Shown: in pieces, positions 50,741-61,659 of the stretch
Numbering within the stretch: the first letter of the stretch is position 1
Layout of the letters: each line of letters starts with the position of its first letter
From: Candidatus Eiseniibacteriota bacterium
GTDB taxonomy: Bacteria; Eisenbacteria; RBG-16-71-46
Length of the DNA: 64,000 bases
Direction of reading: 5' to 3'
Assembly: GCA_963776245.1 (NCBI GenBank)
Contig: CAVZLN010000003.1
Span: 736,001-800,000 of the forward strand
Translations under genes and position numbers: made by a program
The notes under the pieces: model-generated
The model's input: only the letters and a program-made list of their open reading frames with translations
Databases searched by the model: none
Told to the model about the DNA's origin: nothing

Positions 50741-52858
50741 TCACGCCTTCTTCAGCGCCTCCGCCGTGATCGGCAGCGTGCGCACCCGCTTGCCGGTGAG
50801 CGCCGCGACCGCGTTCACCACCGCGGGCGCGATCGGCGGCAATCCAGGCTCGCCGATGCCTCCGAGCGGGTCGCCCTGCGGGAGCAGGTGTACGTCGATG
50901 GCCGGGCAGTCGGCGATGCCCACCACCGGGTAGTCGTCGAAGTTGGACTGCTGCACGCGCCCGCGGTCGATGGTGATGGCGCCGTACAGCGCGGCCGAGA
51001 GCCCGAACACGATGCCGCTCTCCATCTGCGCCTTCACCATGTCGGGGTGCAGGGCGTGCCCGCAGTCGACCGCGCACGTCACGCGGTGCACGCGGGGCGC
51101 ACCGTTCACGAGCGAGACCTCGGCCACCTGCACCACGATGCTCTCGAACGACTCCGCCATCGCGATGCCGCGCGCCCGGCCGGCGGGCGGCGGAGCGCCC
51201 CAGCCGGCCTGCGCGGCCGCCAGCTCGAGCACCGCGCGGTGCCGCGGGTGCTTCTCCAGCAGTCCGCGTCGCAGCGCCAGCGGATCGCGCCCGGCCGCCG
51301 CCGCCAGCTCGTCGATGAAGCACTCGATGGCGAACGCGTTCTGGGACGCGCTCACCGAGCGCCACCATCCGGTGGGGATCCCCGGGTCGTGGAGGATGTA
51401 CTCCATCTCGAGGTGCGGGAACTCGTACGGCAGGTTCTCGGCCACGTCGAGCGAGGTCGGATCGATGCCATTCCGCACCGCGCCCGCGTACCAGCGCTTG
51501 AGGATGCCCGGCCCCGCCATGCGGTGGCTCCAGGCCACCGGCCGGCCGGCGGCGTCGAGCCCGGCGCGCAGCACGTGGTACGACGCGGGCCGGTAGAAGT
51601 CGTGGCGCACGTCGTCCTCGCGCGACCACACCACCTTTACCATCGCGCCGAGCAGCTTCGAGAGCTCCACCGCCTCGGCGACGAAGTCCTGCTCCGAGCG
51701 GCGGCCGAACCCGCCGCCGAGATACTGGAGCTTCACCGTCACCTTCTCCAGTGGGAGCCCCGCGACCTCGGCGGCCTTGCGCTGCACGCCGGTCGCGTTC
51801 TGACTGCCGACCCATACCGTGCACTCCCCGGCCGTGACGTGCGCGGTGCAGTTCGGCGGCTCCATCGTGGCGTGGGCCAGGTAGGGCGTCTCGTACACCG
51901 CCTCGACCGTGCGCGCCGCGGTCGCGAGCCCCGCGAAGCCGTCGCCCTCCTTGCGGAACGTGGCGCCCGGCTTCAGCGCCAGCGCCGCGTAGTCGCGCGA
52001 GATCTGCGCGCTGGTGAGCGTGGCGAGCGGGCCTTCGTCCCAGACGATCTTCAGCGCGTCCGCGCCCCGTCGCGCGGCCCAGGTGGATGCCGCCACCACC
52101 GCCACCCCGCTGGCGATCCGCACCACGCGCTGGACGCCGGGAACGGCGCTCGCGGCGGTGGCGTCGAACGTGCGCACGATGCCGCCCGGCACCGGACAGC
52201 GCGCGACCGCAGCGATCAGCATCCCCGGCACGTGCACGTCGATCCCGTAGCGCGCGCTGCCGGTGATCTTCTCCTGGCCATCGAGCCGCGCGGGCGAGGT
52301 GCCGAGCAGGCGATGCTGGGACCAGCCCTTGAGCGGCGGATCCGCGGGCGGCGTGAGCGTCGCCGCCTTCCCCACCAGCGCGCCGTAGGCGAGACGGCGG
52401 CGCGTCGGCTCGTGGATCACCGCGCCGCGCTCGGCCCGGCAGCTCGCGCGCTCGACGCCCCAGGTGAGCGCCGCGGCCTCGAGGAGCACCTCGCGGGCCT
52501 GCGCGCCCGCCTTGCGCATCGGGACGTTGAGCGTGCGCATGCTCTGACTGCCCCCGGTGCTCATGTCGCCGTACTTCGGCGCCGGCACCGCCTGCTCGAA
52601 GCGCACCTTCGCCCAGTCGGCCTCGAGCTCCTCGGCGACCAGCATCGGGATCAGCGTGCGCGCGCCCTGCCCCATCTCGGAACGCGCGACGATCACGGTG
52701 ACCTCGCCCTGCGCGTCGATGCGCAGCCACGCGTTGGGCTCGAGCGTGGCGGCGGCCGCCTCGGCGCGGTCGCGCAGCGCGGCGGGCAGGTGGAACGCGA
52801 TGGCCAGTCCGGCGGAGGCGACCGCGCCGGTCTTCAGGAAACCGCGCCGCGTGGTCAT
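50741..52858 (-). CDS. xanthine dehydrogenase-family molybdopterin subunit (isoquinoline 1-oxidoreductase beta-like), Tat-exported
   Basis: TRRGFLK Tat motif; [37 protein letters not shown]. Confidence 0.93.
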   Translation of the reverse strand: MTTRRGFLKTGAVASAGLAIAFHLPAALRDRAEAAAATLEPNAWLRIDAQGEVTVIVARSEMGQGARTLIPMLVAEELEADWAKVRFEQAVPAPKYGDMSTGGSQSMRTLNVPMRKAGAQAREVLLEAAALTWGVERASCRAERGAVIHEPTRRRLAYGALVGKAATLTPPADPPLKGWSQHRLLGTSPARLDGQEKITGSARYGIDVHVPGMLIAAVARCPVPGGIVRTFDATAASAVPGVQRVVRIASGVAVVAASTWAARRGADALKIVWDEGPLATLTSAQISRDYAALALKPGATFRKEGDGFAGLATAARTVEAVYETPYLAHATMEPPNCTAHVTAGECTVWVGSQNATGVQRKAAEVAGLPLEKVTVKLQYLGGGFGRRSEQDFVAEAVELSKLLGAMVKVVWSREDDVRHDFYRPASYHVLRAGLDAAGRPVAWSHRMAGPGILKRWYAGAVRNGIDPTSLDVAENLPYEFPHLEMEYILHDPGIPTGWWRSVSASQNAFAIECFIDELAAAAGRDPLALRRGLLEKHPRHRAVLELAAAQAGWGAPPPAGRARGIAMAESFESIVVQVAEVSLVNGAPRVHRVTCAVDCGHALHPDMVKAQMESGIVFGLSAALYGAITIDRGRVQQSNFDDYPVVGIADCPAIDVHLLPQGDPLGGIGEPGLPPIAPAVVNAVAALTGKRVRTLPITAEALKKA

Positions 52859-53319
52859 CGTCCGGCCTCCTTCGCCGCGGCATGGATGGCCCTGCGGATG
52901 CGCGGATAGGTGCCGCAGCGGCACAGGTTGCCCTGCATCGCCTCGTCGATCTGCGTGTCGCTGGGCGCGGGCGTCTTCGCCAGCAGCGCGGCGGCCTGCA
53001 TGATCTGCCCCGGCTGGCAGTAGCCGCACTGGGTCACCTGCTCGGCGACCCAGGCTCGCTGCACCGGGTGCGTCCCGGATGGCGAGAGCCCCTCGATGGT
53101 GACGATGCGCTTGCCCTGCGCCTCGGTCACCGGGGTGGCGCACGCGCGCGCCGCCTCCCCGTCGAGGTGCACGGTGCACGCGCCGCACAGCCCGGCGCCA
53201 CAGCCGAACTTGGTGCCGGTGAGCCCGAGGGTGTCCCGCAGCACCCACAGCAACGGGGTGTCGGGCTCGGCCTCCACGGCGCGAGCGGTGCCGTTCACGT
53301 TCAGCGAGTACCGGGCCAT
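52855..53319 (-). CDS. (2Fe-2S)-binding small subunit (IorA-like)
   Basis: [33 protein letters not shown]. Confidence 0.95.
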   Translation of the reverse strand: MARYSLNVNGTARAVEAEPDTPLLWVLRDTLGLTGTKFGCGAGLCGACTVHLDGEAARACATPVTEAQGKRIVTIEGLSPSGTHPVQRAWVAEQVTQCGYCQPGQIMQAAALLAKTPAPSDTQIDEAMQGNLCRCGTYPRIRRAIHAAAKEAGR

Positions 53320-53334
53320 CGCGTCACCTCCCGA

Positions 53335-56300
53335 TCACTTCTTGCCGAGCCCTTCCTGGACCTTGTACCCCGGCTTCTTCCAGACCGGCGGCGGATTGGT
53401 CTTGAGCTGTTCGAGCGACCACTCGATGGCCTTCTCGAGCTGCGGGTCGTGGCCCTGCACCATGAGGTGCGGCGCGTTCTCCACCTCGATGTCGGGGTCC
53501 ACGCCGTGATTCTCCACCAGCCACTCGCCGGTGCGCGGGTCGTACATGCCGAAGTCGGGCATGGTCACCGCGCCGCCGTCCACCAGCGGGAGGTCGTGGC
53601 TGATGCCCACCAGTCCGCCCCAGGTGCGCTTCCCGATGATGGGCCCGAGGCCCATCATCTTGAAGTAGAATGGGAACGCGTCTCCGCCCGAGCCCGCGTA
53701 CTCGTTCGCGAGGATGCACTTGGGTCCGTCGATCGCGGTCTGCGGCGTGCGGAAGCCTTCGCCGTCCCGGCTGGTCCACGCCACCCAGGTCTTGCGCCAC
53801 AGCCGCTCGACGAAGAAGTCGGGGATGAAGCCGCCGCCGTTGAAGCGCTCGTCGACGATGATGCCCTGCTTGTCGATCTGCGGGTAGTACTGCTTGGTGA
53901 ACTCCTGGATCCCGGCGGTCGCGGTGTTGGGCACGTGGATGTACGCGATGCGCCCGCCGGTCGCCTTCGCCACCTTCTCGCGGTTCCCGTCCACCCACGC
54001 GACGTAGCGCAGCGAGGCCTCGTTCGCGATCGGCACCACGGTGTACGTGCGCGCCTTCGGATCGCCGGCCGACGCGCCCACCTTGATGAGCGTCTGCTTG
54101 CCGGCGGTGCCGGTGAGCGCCGCGTACACGTTCTCGGGGGCGCGCACCGGGCGGCCGTTCACCTCGAGCAGGTAGTCGCCCTCCTTCACGCCGATGCCGG
54201 GCTCGCCGAGCGGCGCCGCGACCGACGAGTTCCAGTCGCGCGCGCGGTAGATCCGGGCGAACCGGTAGAGCCCGTTGGCGTCGAGGGCGTAGTCGGCGCC
54301 GAGCAGTCCGGTGCCCACGCGCTTGACCGCGGGCATCTCGCCTCCGCCGACGTAGGCGTGCGAGGTGGACAGCTCGCCGATCATCTCGCCCAGCAGGTAG
54401 TTGAGGTCGGCGCGGTGCGCGACGAACGGCACCAGCTGACGGTAGCGCTCGCCGATCGCGTTCCAGTCGAGCCCGCCCATCGCCGGGTCGTAGTAGAAGT
54501 CGCGCTCGAGGCGCCAGGCCTCGTTGAACATCTGGGTCCACTCCTGGCGCGGATCCACGGTCGCCATCAGCCCGTCGGTCGCGATCTTCCCGTCGCCGGC
54601 CTTCTTGCCCTCGGCGGCGTCGACGATGCCGAAGACGTCCTTGGAGCGATAGAGCACCTTGGAGCCGTCCTTCGAGGGAGCGTACTCGGCGCGCACGTCG
54701 CTCAGCACCGTCTTGTCCTCCCGCTTCTCGAGGTCGAAGACATGAAGGCTGCCCGTCTCCGCGACTTCGGCGTCGGGCTCGGGGTCGTTGAGCTCCAGGT
54801 ACAGGAGCTTGCCCTTGAACGCGGTCAGGCCGGCGTAGCGTCCCGGCGGCACCGGCAGGACCGCGCACCGCGACGCGAGGCCGGCGAGATCGATGCGCAC
54901 CGGGGCGACGGCTTCCGGCTTCTCCGCGCCGGACTTGCCGGCGCCCTTGGCCCCGGCCTTGTCCCCCTTGCCGGCCTTCTCGCCCTTGTCCTCCTTGGCG
55001 TCGGCGGCGCTCTCGCCGGTCTCCTCGTCGCTCTTGGGCGCGACCGGCGAGAGCAGGGTGTCCTGGAGGGACAGCGCGTAGAGCTTGTCGGTGGCGCGGA
55101 ACTGGAAGTCGACCTCGAACGCCCCGAACTGCGGATCGATGGTGCGGCGCGAGATGAAGTAGAGGTAGCGGCCCGCGGGATCGAACGACGGCCAGCCCTC
55201 ATCGGTCATGCCGTCGCTCACGGCGGTCACCTTGCCGCCGTCGAGCGCGTAGAGCATCACGCGCGCGAACTGGTTGGCGTACGGCTTGGGGTAGGTGAGC
55301 CACTTCGAGTCGGGCGACCACTGGTAGTTGTGGATCTCGCCCCAGTCGCTCTTGTCGGCCAGCACCAGCTTGCCGCTCGCGACCTCCACCCACCACAGGC
55401 GGAAGGTCTTGTCGGAGAACGCGAGCTTCTTCGAGTCCGGCGACCAGCGCGGCGCGAAGCGGAAGGTGCTGCCCTCCCGGGTCACCTGGCGGTCGGGTGT
55501 CTTGCCGTCGCTGCCGATCACGTGGATCTGGTACTCGCCGCTGCGGTCCGAGAGATAGGCGATCCACTTGCCGTCCGGCGACCACACGGGATCGCGCTCG
55601 CGCGCGCCGGGCGTGCGGGTCAGGTTGCGCGCGTCGCCGTCTTCCGCGGGCACGGTGAACAGGTCGCCGCGCGCCTCGAGCACCGCGCGCTTGGCCGACG
55701 GGGAGAGGTCCATGCCGGTGATCCACTCCGACACGTCGCGCAGCCCCGCGCGCGCCGCGGGCTTGTCCGCCGGCACCAGCACCTGGATGCGCGTGGCCTT
55801 CTCGGATGGCAGGTCCATCACGTAGAGGTAGCCGCCGTTCTCGAACACGATCGCGTCGCTGCCGATGCTGGGCCACTTCACGTCGTAGTCGGAGAACGTG
55901 GTGACCTGGCGATGGGCCTTCTTGTCGAGATCGTACGCCCACAGGTTGGCGGTGCGGCCGCCCCGGTCGGAGACGTAGTACACGGTGCGGTCGTGCCACA
56001 TCGGCCACTCGTCCGCGCCCGCCCAGTCGGTGATCTTCTCGCTGGTCACCGCGGCGAAGTCGTAGATCCAGATGTTCGGCGCGTTCCCCCCGCGGTAGCG
56101 CTTCCACGTCCGCCGGTCGTAGGACGGCGCGACGAACGCGATCTGACGCGCGTCGGGCGAGAACGAGCAGTACCCCCCGGTCGGCAGCGGGAGCATCTCC
56201 TCGAAGCCGCCCGCGGCGGGCACCTTGAAGAACCGGTCGAAGCGCGTCGGAGCCGAGGCGCGCGCCGAGCGGATGAGGATGCTCGCGCCGTCCGGATACC

Positions 56301-56658
56301 ATTCGGCGACCTGGTCGGCGCCGGGATGCCAGGTGAGACGGGTGGGCTCGCCTCCGGCCAGCGGGACGGTGAACGCGTCGACGTTGCCGTCGTACTCGCC
56401 GGTGAAGGCGACCGTCCTGCCGTCGGGCGAGAGCTTGGGGAACGCCTCCACTCCGGGGTGCGTGGTGAGCCGCGTCGCGACGCCGCCGGCGCGTGCCACG
56501 GTCCAGAGATCGCCCGCGTAGACGAACACGATGTGGTCGCCCTGGATGTCGGGCTGGCGGAGCAACCGGCACTCCTCGAGCGCCGACGCGGAAGGCGCGA
56601 GGAGCGCGGACGAGAAGAGCGCGAGCAGGGCGGCGAACCACGAGCGCGGGCTGAGCAT
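53335..56658 (-). CDS. tricorn-type S41 peptidase (1107 aa)
   Basis: Signal peptide, WSPDG propellers, ELSTSHAY, PDZ, DERFNGGG, AGSGGD, RTWGG, ENHGVDPD; ATG 56658. Confidence 0.93.
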   Translation of the reverse strand: MLSPRSWFAALLALFSSALLAPSASALEECRLLRQPDIQGDHIVFVYAGDLWTVARAGGVATRLTTHPGVEAFPKLSPDGRTVAFTGEYDGNVDAFTVPLAGGEPTRLTWHPGADQVAEWYPDGASILIRSARASAPTRFDRFFKVPAAGGFEEMLPLPTGGYCSFSPDARQIAFVAPSYDRRTWKRYRGGNAPNIWIYDFAAVTSEKITDWAGADEWPMWHDRTVYYVSDRGGRTANLWAYDLDKKAHRQVTTFSDYDVKWPSIGSDAIVFENGGYLYVMDLPSEKATRIQVLVPADKPAARAGLRDVSEWITGMDLSPSAKRAVLEARGDLFTVPAEDGDARNLTRTPGARERDPVWSPDGKWIAYLSDRSGEYQIHVIGSDGKTPDRQVTREGSTFRFAPRWSPDSKKLAFSDKTFRLWWVEVASGKLVLADKSDWGEIHNYQWSPDSKWLTYPKPYANQFARVMLYALDGGKVTAVSDGMTDEGWPSFDPAGRYLYFISRRTIDPQFGAFEVDFQFRATDKLYALSLQDTLLSPVAPKSDEETGESAADAKEDKGEKAGKGDKAGAKGAGKSGAEKPEAVAPVRIDLAGLASRCAVLPVPPGRYAGLTAFKGKLLYLELNDPEPDAEVAETGSLHVFDLEKREDKTVLSDVRAEYAPSKDGSKVLYRSKDVFGIVDAAEGKKAGDGKIATDGLMATVDPRQEWTQMFNEAWRLERDFYYDPAMGGLDWNAIGERYRQLVPFVAHRADLNYLLGEMIGELSTSHAYVGGGEMPAVKRVGTGLLGADYALDANGLYRFARIYRARDWNSSVAAPLGEPGIGVKEGDYLLEVNGRPVRAPENVYAALTGTAGKQTLIKVGASAGDPKARTYTVVPIANEASLRYVAWVDGNREKVAKATGGRIAYIHVPNTATAGIQEFTKQYYPQIDKQGIIVDERFNGGGFIPDFFVERLWRKTWVAWTSRDGEGFRTPQTAIDGPKCILANEYAGSGGDAFPFYFKMMGLGPIIGKRTWGGLVGISHDLPLVDGGAVTMPDFGMYDPRTGEWLVENHGVDPDIEVENAPHLMVQGHDPQLEKAIEWSLEQLKTNPPPVWKKPGYKVQEGLGKK

Positions 56659-57122
56659 GACCGGATGGACCTCCGTGGATGACGTGAGCGCGAGCGTGAG
56701 CGGTCGCAGTCTCGCGCCACGACCGCGCGCTTTCAAGCGCGTCCGTGGGCGCGGGCCGCGCCGGCCGCGGCGCGGTCCGTGAGGCCCGCTCGTCGGGCCG
56801 CGCTGGTGGTCGCGCTTGCCGCGCGCGTCGGGAGGACGCCCGCGCTGGCATGCCGCGGGCCCCCCCGCGGGTCCCCCGACGGCGCGTCTCGCGCCGGAGC
56901 ACTTCGCGCTTGATTCGCGGCACACGCGCGGGCGAGACTCCCCGCCGTCCCGGGTGGCGGTGGTGGGCATGCGTTCGCGCATCCGACGCCGCCGGCGCGC
57001 GCCGGCGGTCGTCCCGCCCGCGATCCGCCCCGCCGGCGACGAGTCCCCTCGCGCGGCGGCGGGTGACGCCTTCGCGCGGACACGCCGAGGTGGGCCAGCG
57101 GCCCAGTCCCAAGGAGCATCGT

Positions 57123-57323
57123 GTGGCACGTGGCACCGTGAAGTGGTTCAACGAGACGAAGGGGTTCGGGTTCATCTCGCAGGAGGGCGGCGAGGACGTG
57201 TTCGTGCACTTCTCGGCCATCCAGGGGGATGGCTTCAAGACCCTGGCCGAGGGCGAGGTGGTGGAGTTCGACGTCACCAACGGAGCGAAGGGACTGGCGG
57301 CGGCGAACGTCCGCAAGGCCTGA
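57123..57323 (+). CDS. cspA: cold-shock protein
   Basis: [32 protein letters not shown] before GTG 57123. Confidence 0.95.
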   Translation: MARGTVKWFNETKGFGFISQEGGEDVFVHFSAIQGDGFKTLAEGEVVEFDVTNGAKGLAAANVRKA

Positions 57324-57348
57324 ACGCGCGACGGGAAGGGAACCGCAC

Positions 57349-57380
57349 GGGCGGCGCCGGAAGGCGCCGCCCTTCGCTTT
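57349..57380 (+). terminator. intrinsic terminator after csp
   Basis: GGGCGGCGCC-GGAA-GGCGCCGCCC followed by TTCGCTTT. Confidence 0.7.
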
Positions 57381-57514
57381 GCGCCCCGCGCGGCTGGACC
57401 TCCGCGGCCCGGGGGCGGGCGCCGGACCCGGCTCAAGGCGCGGTCCCCGGGGGCCGATAACGGTCGTGACCTCGGCAGAGCCACACCACCTATCGGGAGA
57501 GGGACGCGTCCAGG

Positions 57515-59278
57515 ATGAACGTGAGCGCGCGACAGCAGGGTGTCGAAGCGCCCGAGGAACCGGGCGCGGGGTCGCCGTCGTCGGTCAAGGCCGCGGCGTC
57601 GGTGCTGAACCAGTTCGCCCGCACCCTCAAGACCTGCCGTCTCTACGACTCGAACAACCCCGCCGTGATCCGCTTCCGCGAGGAGTTCGCCGGCACGCTG
57701 CGGAAGGTCCTCGCCGAGCACGGCCCGCTCACCTACCGGTTCGCCTCCGACGACGTGTTGTTCGAGGAAGTCTCGCTCTACCCCGCGCGCTCGCGCGACG
57801 ACAACATCGCGCTGCCGTTCTTCCGCGACGGCGTCCGCTCGCTGACCTTCAACGCCGGCATCGAGATGCGCGAGGTGGACGCGCTGCTCGACGCGCTGCT
57901 GCTGGTCACCGGACAGAGCGCCAGCGACGACGACCTGGTCACGCTCCTGTGGGAGGCGCAGCTCCCGCACATCGACGTCGATTACCTGCCGGCCGAAGGC
58001 GACGTGGGCAGCGGCGGGGGCGAGGTGCGCACCGACGGCATGGTCATGCCGTGGCCGGCCGCCGCGGACCGCGACTCCACCGGCGCCGGCGGCGAGGCGG
58101 CCGAGGAGGACGACGGGGGCACGCGGACCGAGGAGGTCGCGGTCTCGGCCACGCGCTCCGACGACTGGAGCACCGGCGACCTCACCGTCGAGATCGAGGC
58201 CGGGTTCGCGGAGCTCGATTCGCTCGCGCCCAGCGAGGTGGAGCGCTTCCGACGCGAGTTCGAGGCCGAACACGCGGTGCCCACCGGGACCGCGACGCTG
58301 GCGATCGCCTGCGCGCTGCTGTCCGCGGGGGCGAGCGACGACGACCGGCTCGAGATGACGCGCTTCCTGCCCCGCGTGCTGCGCCAGTCGGTCACCCACG
58401 GCGCCTGGCTCGAGGCCGGCGAAGCGCTGCGACTGATGCGCCGCGCCACCAGCGACGAATGGTCGCCCGGCATCTTCGCCCAGGAGCTGCTCCAGCCGAT
58501 CTCGATCGCCAGCATGGTCGAGCGGCTCGAGCCGCAGGAGCCCGCGCAGGTGAGCGAGTTCGTCGCCTTCGCGGACGCGCTGGGCGAGCCCGCCGTGGAC
58601 CTGCTCAACCTGGTGCTCGCCGAGGTCCAGAACCGCCGCGCCCGCCGCATCATCGCCGAGGCGATCGCCGGCCTGTGCCGCGGGAACCCCGAGCGCCTGG
58701 CGGCGTGGCTCTCGGACCCGCGCTGGTTCGTGGTGCGCAACGTCGTGCACATCCTCGGCTGGATCGGCGGCGACACGATCGTCGGCCTGCTCCAGGTCGC
58801 CGCGCGCCATCCGGAGGCGCGCGTGCGCCACGAGGTGGTGGCCGCGCTCTCGCAGGTGGATGCGCGCCTCGCGCGCCCGCTGCTGCTGCGGCTGCTCGAT
58901 GGCGCCGACTCGCGCATGTTCGGCTCGGTGATGCACCAGCTCTCGGCGGCCCGCGACCCGGGCACCGCGCGCACCCTGCTCGGCTTCCTGATGGCGCCGG
59001 AGTTCGACCAGCGCGCGCTGGAGGAGAAGCGCGCGCTCTACGCAGCGCTCGGCGCCGTGGGCGGCGACGAGGTGCTGCCGGAACTCGAGGCGGAGGTCTA
59101 CAAGGGCAACTGGTTCTCGCGCCACCAGGAGGTGCACCGGCAGTCGGTGGCCCGCATCATCGCGCGGCTCGGCACCCCGGCCGCCCGTGTCATCCTCGAG
59201 CGCGGCGCTCAGTCCCGCCGCGCGCCGGTGCGCAAGGCGTGCGAGGATGCGCTCGCCGGGATGGATTCCCGTGACTGA
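57515..59278 (+). CDS. HEAT repeat protein
   Basis: LSDPRWFVVRNVVHILG, HPEARVRHEVVAAL repeats; N-terminal LY...NP domain. Confidence 0.82.
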   Translation: MNVSARQQGVEAPEEPGAGSPSSVKAAASVLNQFARTLKTCRLYDSNNPAVIRFREEFAGTLRKVLAEHGPLTYRFASDDVLFEEVSLYPARSRDDNIALPFFRDGVRSLTFNAGIEMREVDALLDALLLVTGQSASDDDLVTLLWEAQLPHIDVDYLPAEGDVGSGGGEVRTDGMVMPWPAAADRDSTGAGGEAAEEDDGGTRTEEVAVSATRSDDWSTGDLTVEIEAGFAELDSLAPSEVERFRREFEAEHAVPTGTATLAIACALLSAGASDDDRLEMTRFLPRVLRQSVTHGAWLEAGEALRLMRRATSDEWSPGIFAQELLQPISIASMVERLEPQEPAQVSEFVAFADALGEPAVDLLNLVLAEVQNRRARRIIAEAIAGLCRGNPERLAAWLSDPRWFVVRNVVHILGWIGGDTIVGLLQVAARHPEARVRHEVVAALSQVDARLARPLLLRLLDGADSRMFGSVMHQLSAARDPGTARTLLGFLMAPEFDQRALEEKRALYAALGAVGGDEVLPELEAEVYKGNWFSRHQEVHRQSVARIIARLGTPAARVILERGAQSRRAPVRKACEDALAGMDSRD

Positions 59279-60731
59279 ACTCGACCGCCAGACGCCTCCC
59301 GAACGGGGGAACGACACCGCCCGGCTCGCCGAGATCGGCGCCACGCTGCTGGTGCGCCTGTCGGCGCTGCTGCGCACCGCGCGCACCTACGACGTCGCGA
59401 ACCAGGCGTTCCAGCGCCAGGTGCAGGACTGCCTCGCGGTGCTCAACAAGGGGCTCGAGGAGGAGGACGAGGTCGCGCTGGTCGCGGTCGCGGACTACTT
59501 CTACATCAACGGCGTGCGCATCCGCGCGCAGGCCTCGCTGCTGGTGGTCTATCACGCGCTCATGGCCGAGTTCGAGCGCCGCGCGCTCGGCGGCCTGCGC
59601 TTCATGCAGGGCGTCACGCCCAGCGAGCTCGAGCGGTTCTTCCAGCTGTTCATCGCCGCCGACGACCCGGTCGTGGCGGAGCGGCTGCCCGAGGCGGTGG
59701 CCGAGGCCAGCATCGAGCACATCGTGCCGGTGCCGGCCGTGGAGTTGGACGAGGACGACCTCACCCGGTCGCTGGAGGAGAAGAACGACTCGACCAGCGA
59801 GCGCGGACGCGCCAAGCGCGTGTTCTGGCGCGCCGTGCTCGGGACCAAGAAGATCCTGCTGCGCGCGATGCAGACCGGACGCCCCGACCTGCGTCACGCC
59901 AAGCGGCTGGTGCAGCCGCTGGTGGACAGCGTGATGCGCCACGAGTACTCGATCGTGGGACTCACGGCGCTCAAGGACCACGACGAGTACACCTACGCGC
60001 ACTGCGTCAACGTGAGCGTGCTGTCGGTGAACATGGGCGCGGTGCTCGGGCTCTCGCGCCAGGCGCTCGCGGACCTCGGCGTGGCGGCGCTGCTCCACGA
60101 CATCGGCAAGATCGCGGTGCCTGCCGACGTGCTGCGCAAGCCCGCCGCCCTCTCGGCCGAGGAGTGGACGCTGATGCGGCGTCATCCGATCGAAGGGGCC
60201 AAGATGATGGCCCGCATGCCCGGGCTGTCGAGTCTCACGCTCGACGCGATGCGGACCTGCCTCGAGCACCACATGAACTTCGACCGCACCGGCTACCCCG
60301 AGGTCCAGCTCGAGTGGGGGCAGGCGACGCTCTCCCGCATCGTGTCGGTGGCGGACTGCTTCGACGCGATCACCGCGCATCGCGCCTATCACAAGCGCCC
60401 GCGCACGGCTTTCGAGGGCCTGCAGTTCCTGCTCGGGCCGGCGCGCGTCCAGTTCGATCCGGCGGTGCTGTGGGCGCTGGTGCGCACGGTCGGGCTGTAT
60501 CCCGCGGGCTCCGTGCTGCTGACCGACTCGGGTCACATGGTGGTGGCGCTGAGCCCGAACCCCCACGACCTGCGGCGACCCAACTGCCGCGTGCTGGTCC
60601 GCCCCGACGGCTCGGCGCCCGACGAGGAGTCGCCCGAGCTGTGGAGCCCGATGCCGGCCGAACGCAGCGCCGCGCGTGTGCTGCGGCCCGAGGAGCACGC
60701 GGTCAACACCGCGGACTACCTGGCCGCGTAG
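59271..60731 (+). CDS. HD-GYP domain phosphodiesterase (cyclic dinucleotide turnover)
   Basis: YTYAHCVNV, LLHDIGK, HPIEG, EHH..GYP, VADCFDA..RAY; GTG 59271 overlaps HEAT gene end. Confidence 0.9.
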   Translation: MTELDRQTPPERGNDTARLAEIGATLLVRLSALLRTARTYDVANQAFQRQVQDCLAVLNKGLEEEDEVALVAVADYFYINGVRIRAQASLLVVYHALMAEFERRALGGLRFMQGVTPSELERFFQLFIAADDPVVAERLPEAVAEASIEHIVPVPAVELDEDDLTRSLEEKNDSTSERGRAKRVFWRAVLGTKKILLRAMQTGRPDLRHAKRLVQPLVDSVMRHEYSIVGLTALKDHDEYTYAHCVNVSVLSVNMGAVLGLSRQALADLGVAALLHDIGKIAVPADVLRKPAALSAEEWTLMRRHPIEGAKMMARMPGLSSLTLDAMRTCLEHHMNFDRTGYPEVQLEWGQATLSRIVSVADCFDAITAHRAYHKRPRTAFEGLQFLLGPARVQFDPAVLWALVRTVGLYPAGSVLLTDSGHMVVALSPNPHDLRRPNCRVLVRPDGSAPDEESPELWSPMPAERSAARVLRPEEHAVNTADYLAA

Positions 60732-60891
60732 CCCGGCCGCTGCCGGCCCGGGAGGACGGCCGTCCGCGCCGCCGCCGGACACACGAACGGGCGGCGATCA
60801 CTCGCCGCCCGCCGTGCTCTCGAGAGTGCCGATGCGCAGCCCTGGACGCTCCCCGTCTCCAGCCACGCGTGACTGACCCCCTCGATGAGTC

Positions 60892-61419
60892 CTATCGCCG
60901 ATCGTCGTATCGGTCGTCGTACCGATCGCCGTAGCGGTCCCGCCCGTCCTCGCGACACGCGTCGCCGGCATCGCCGTACCAGCCGCCGTCGCGCCACACC
61001 TCGCTGCGCACGCACTCGCCACTGCGCACGTCGATCACACGCACCAGGCGCGGATGACGGCAGTGCCGCAGGTGATACTCGTACCCCTGGAGCGAGGCGT
61101 AGCGGCCACCACAGTAGGGGTCCCCGTAGGCGTAGGACGCCTCGACCATCGGAGCGTCCTGCGACACCAGGGTCCCGAGCACGAACCCGCCGATGAGCCC
61201 GGCGAGCACCGGGGCCACGTTCGAGGACGAGTGGCGCACGTACGCGGTGCGCTGCGGGTAGACCACGCGCTGGATGACCCGGGGCCCGCCCATGGCGCGC
61301 ACCTTGCGGCCGTCGCCGGGGCCGCGACCCGCCTGGGCGACGGGCGCGAGCGCGGTGAGGGCGAGTGCGGCGAGCGTGGCGCCGACGAGCCAGCGGCGGG
61401 TGATGGTCGAGATGGGCAT
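60892..61419 (-). CDS. hypothetical exported protein with glycine-zipper-like segment and R/D/Y-rich tail
   Basis: GGAGGAGG SD, signal peptide, LAGLIGGFVLG, RYGDRYDDRYDDRR. Confidence 0.7.
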   Translation of the reverse strand: MPISTITRRWLVGATLAALALTALAPVAQAGRGPGDGRKVRAMGGPRVIQRVVYPQRTAYVRHSSSNVAPVLAGLIGGFVLGTLVSQDAPMVEASYAYGDPYCGGRYASLQGYEYHLRHCRHPRLVRVIDVRSGECVRSEVWRDGGWYGDAGDACREDGRDRYGDRYDDRYDDRR

Positions 61420-61470
61420 GGCGTCCTCCTCCGGGATGTGCGGCCTGTCCCTTGTCCACGGAGGACTTCA

Positions 61471-61486
61471 AGCAGTCCGCGTGCCA
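61471..61486 (-). promoter_or_regulatory. sigma54 -24/-12 promoter (TGGCACGCGGACTGCT)
   Basis: One mismatch to TGGCACG-N4-TTGCW; ~50 nt upstream of ATG 61419. Confidence 0.65.
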
Positions 61487-61659
61487 CGCGTTCCATGCGG
61501 GGCCGCGCAAGCGCTTAGGCCTGCCCTCGCGGGGGATCGGTGGGGCGCGCGCGGCGCCTGTGCGTCCCGGTGTGGCGTGCCCGCCACGTCGCGGCGCCCA
61601 GCACGACGGCCGGCCTCCCGGGGGGGAAACCGGCCGTCGCATCCTCGCCGCGCCGCGGC

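Noticed and set aside
50741..56658. IorAB-like genes and tricorn protease as one novel system
   Set aside because: Both are common families; only adjacency links them
56660..57110. Long GC-rich intergenic region as riboswitch or ncRNA
   Set aside because: No recognisable conserved aptamer motifs; hairpins expected by chance; may just be the csp 5' UTR plus divergent promoters (a covariance-model search would decide)
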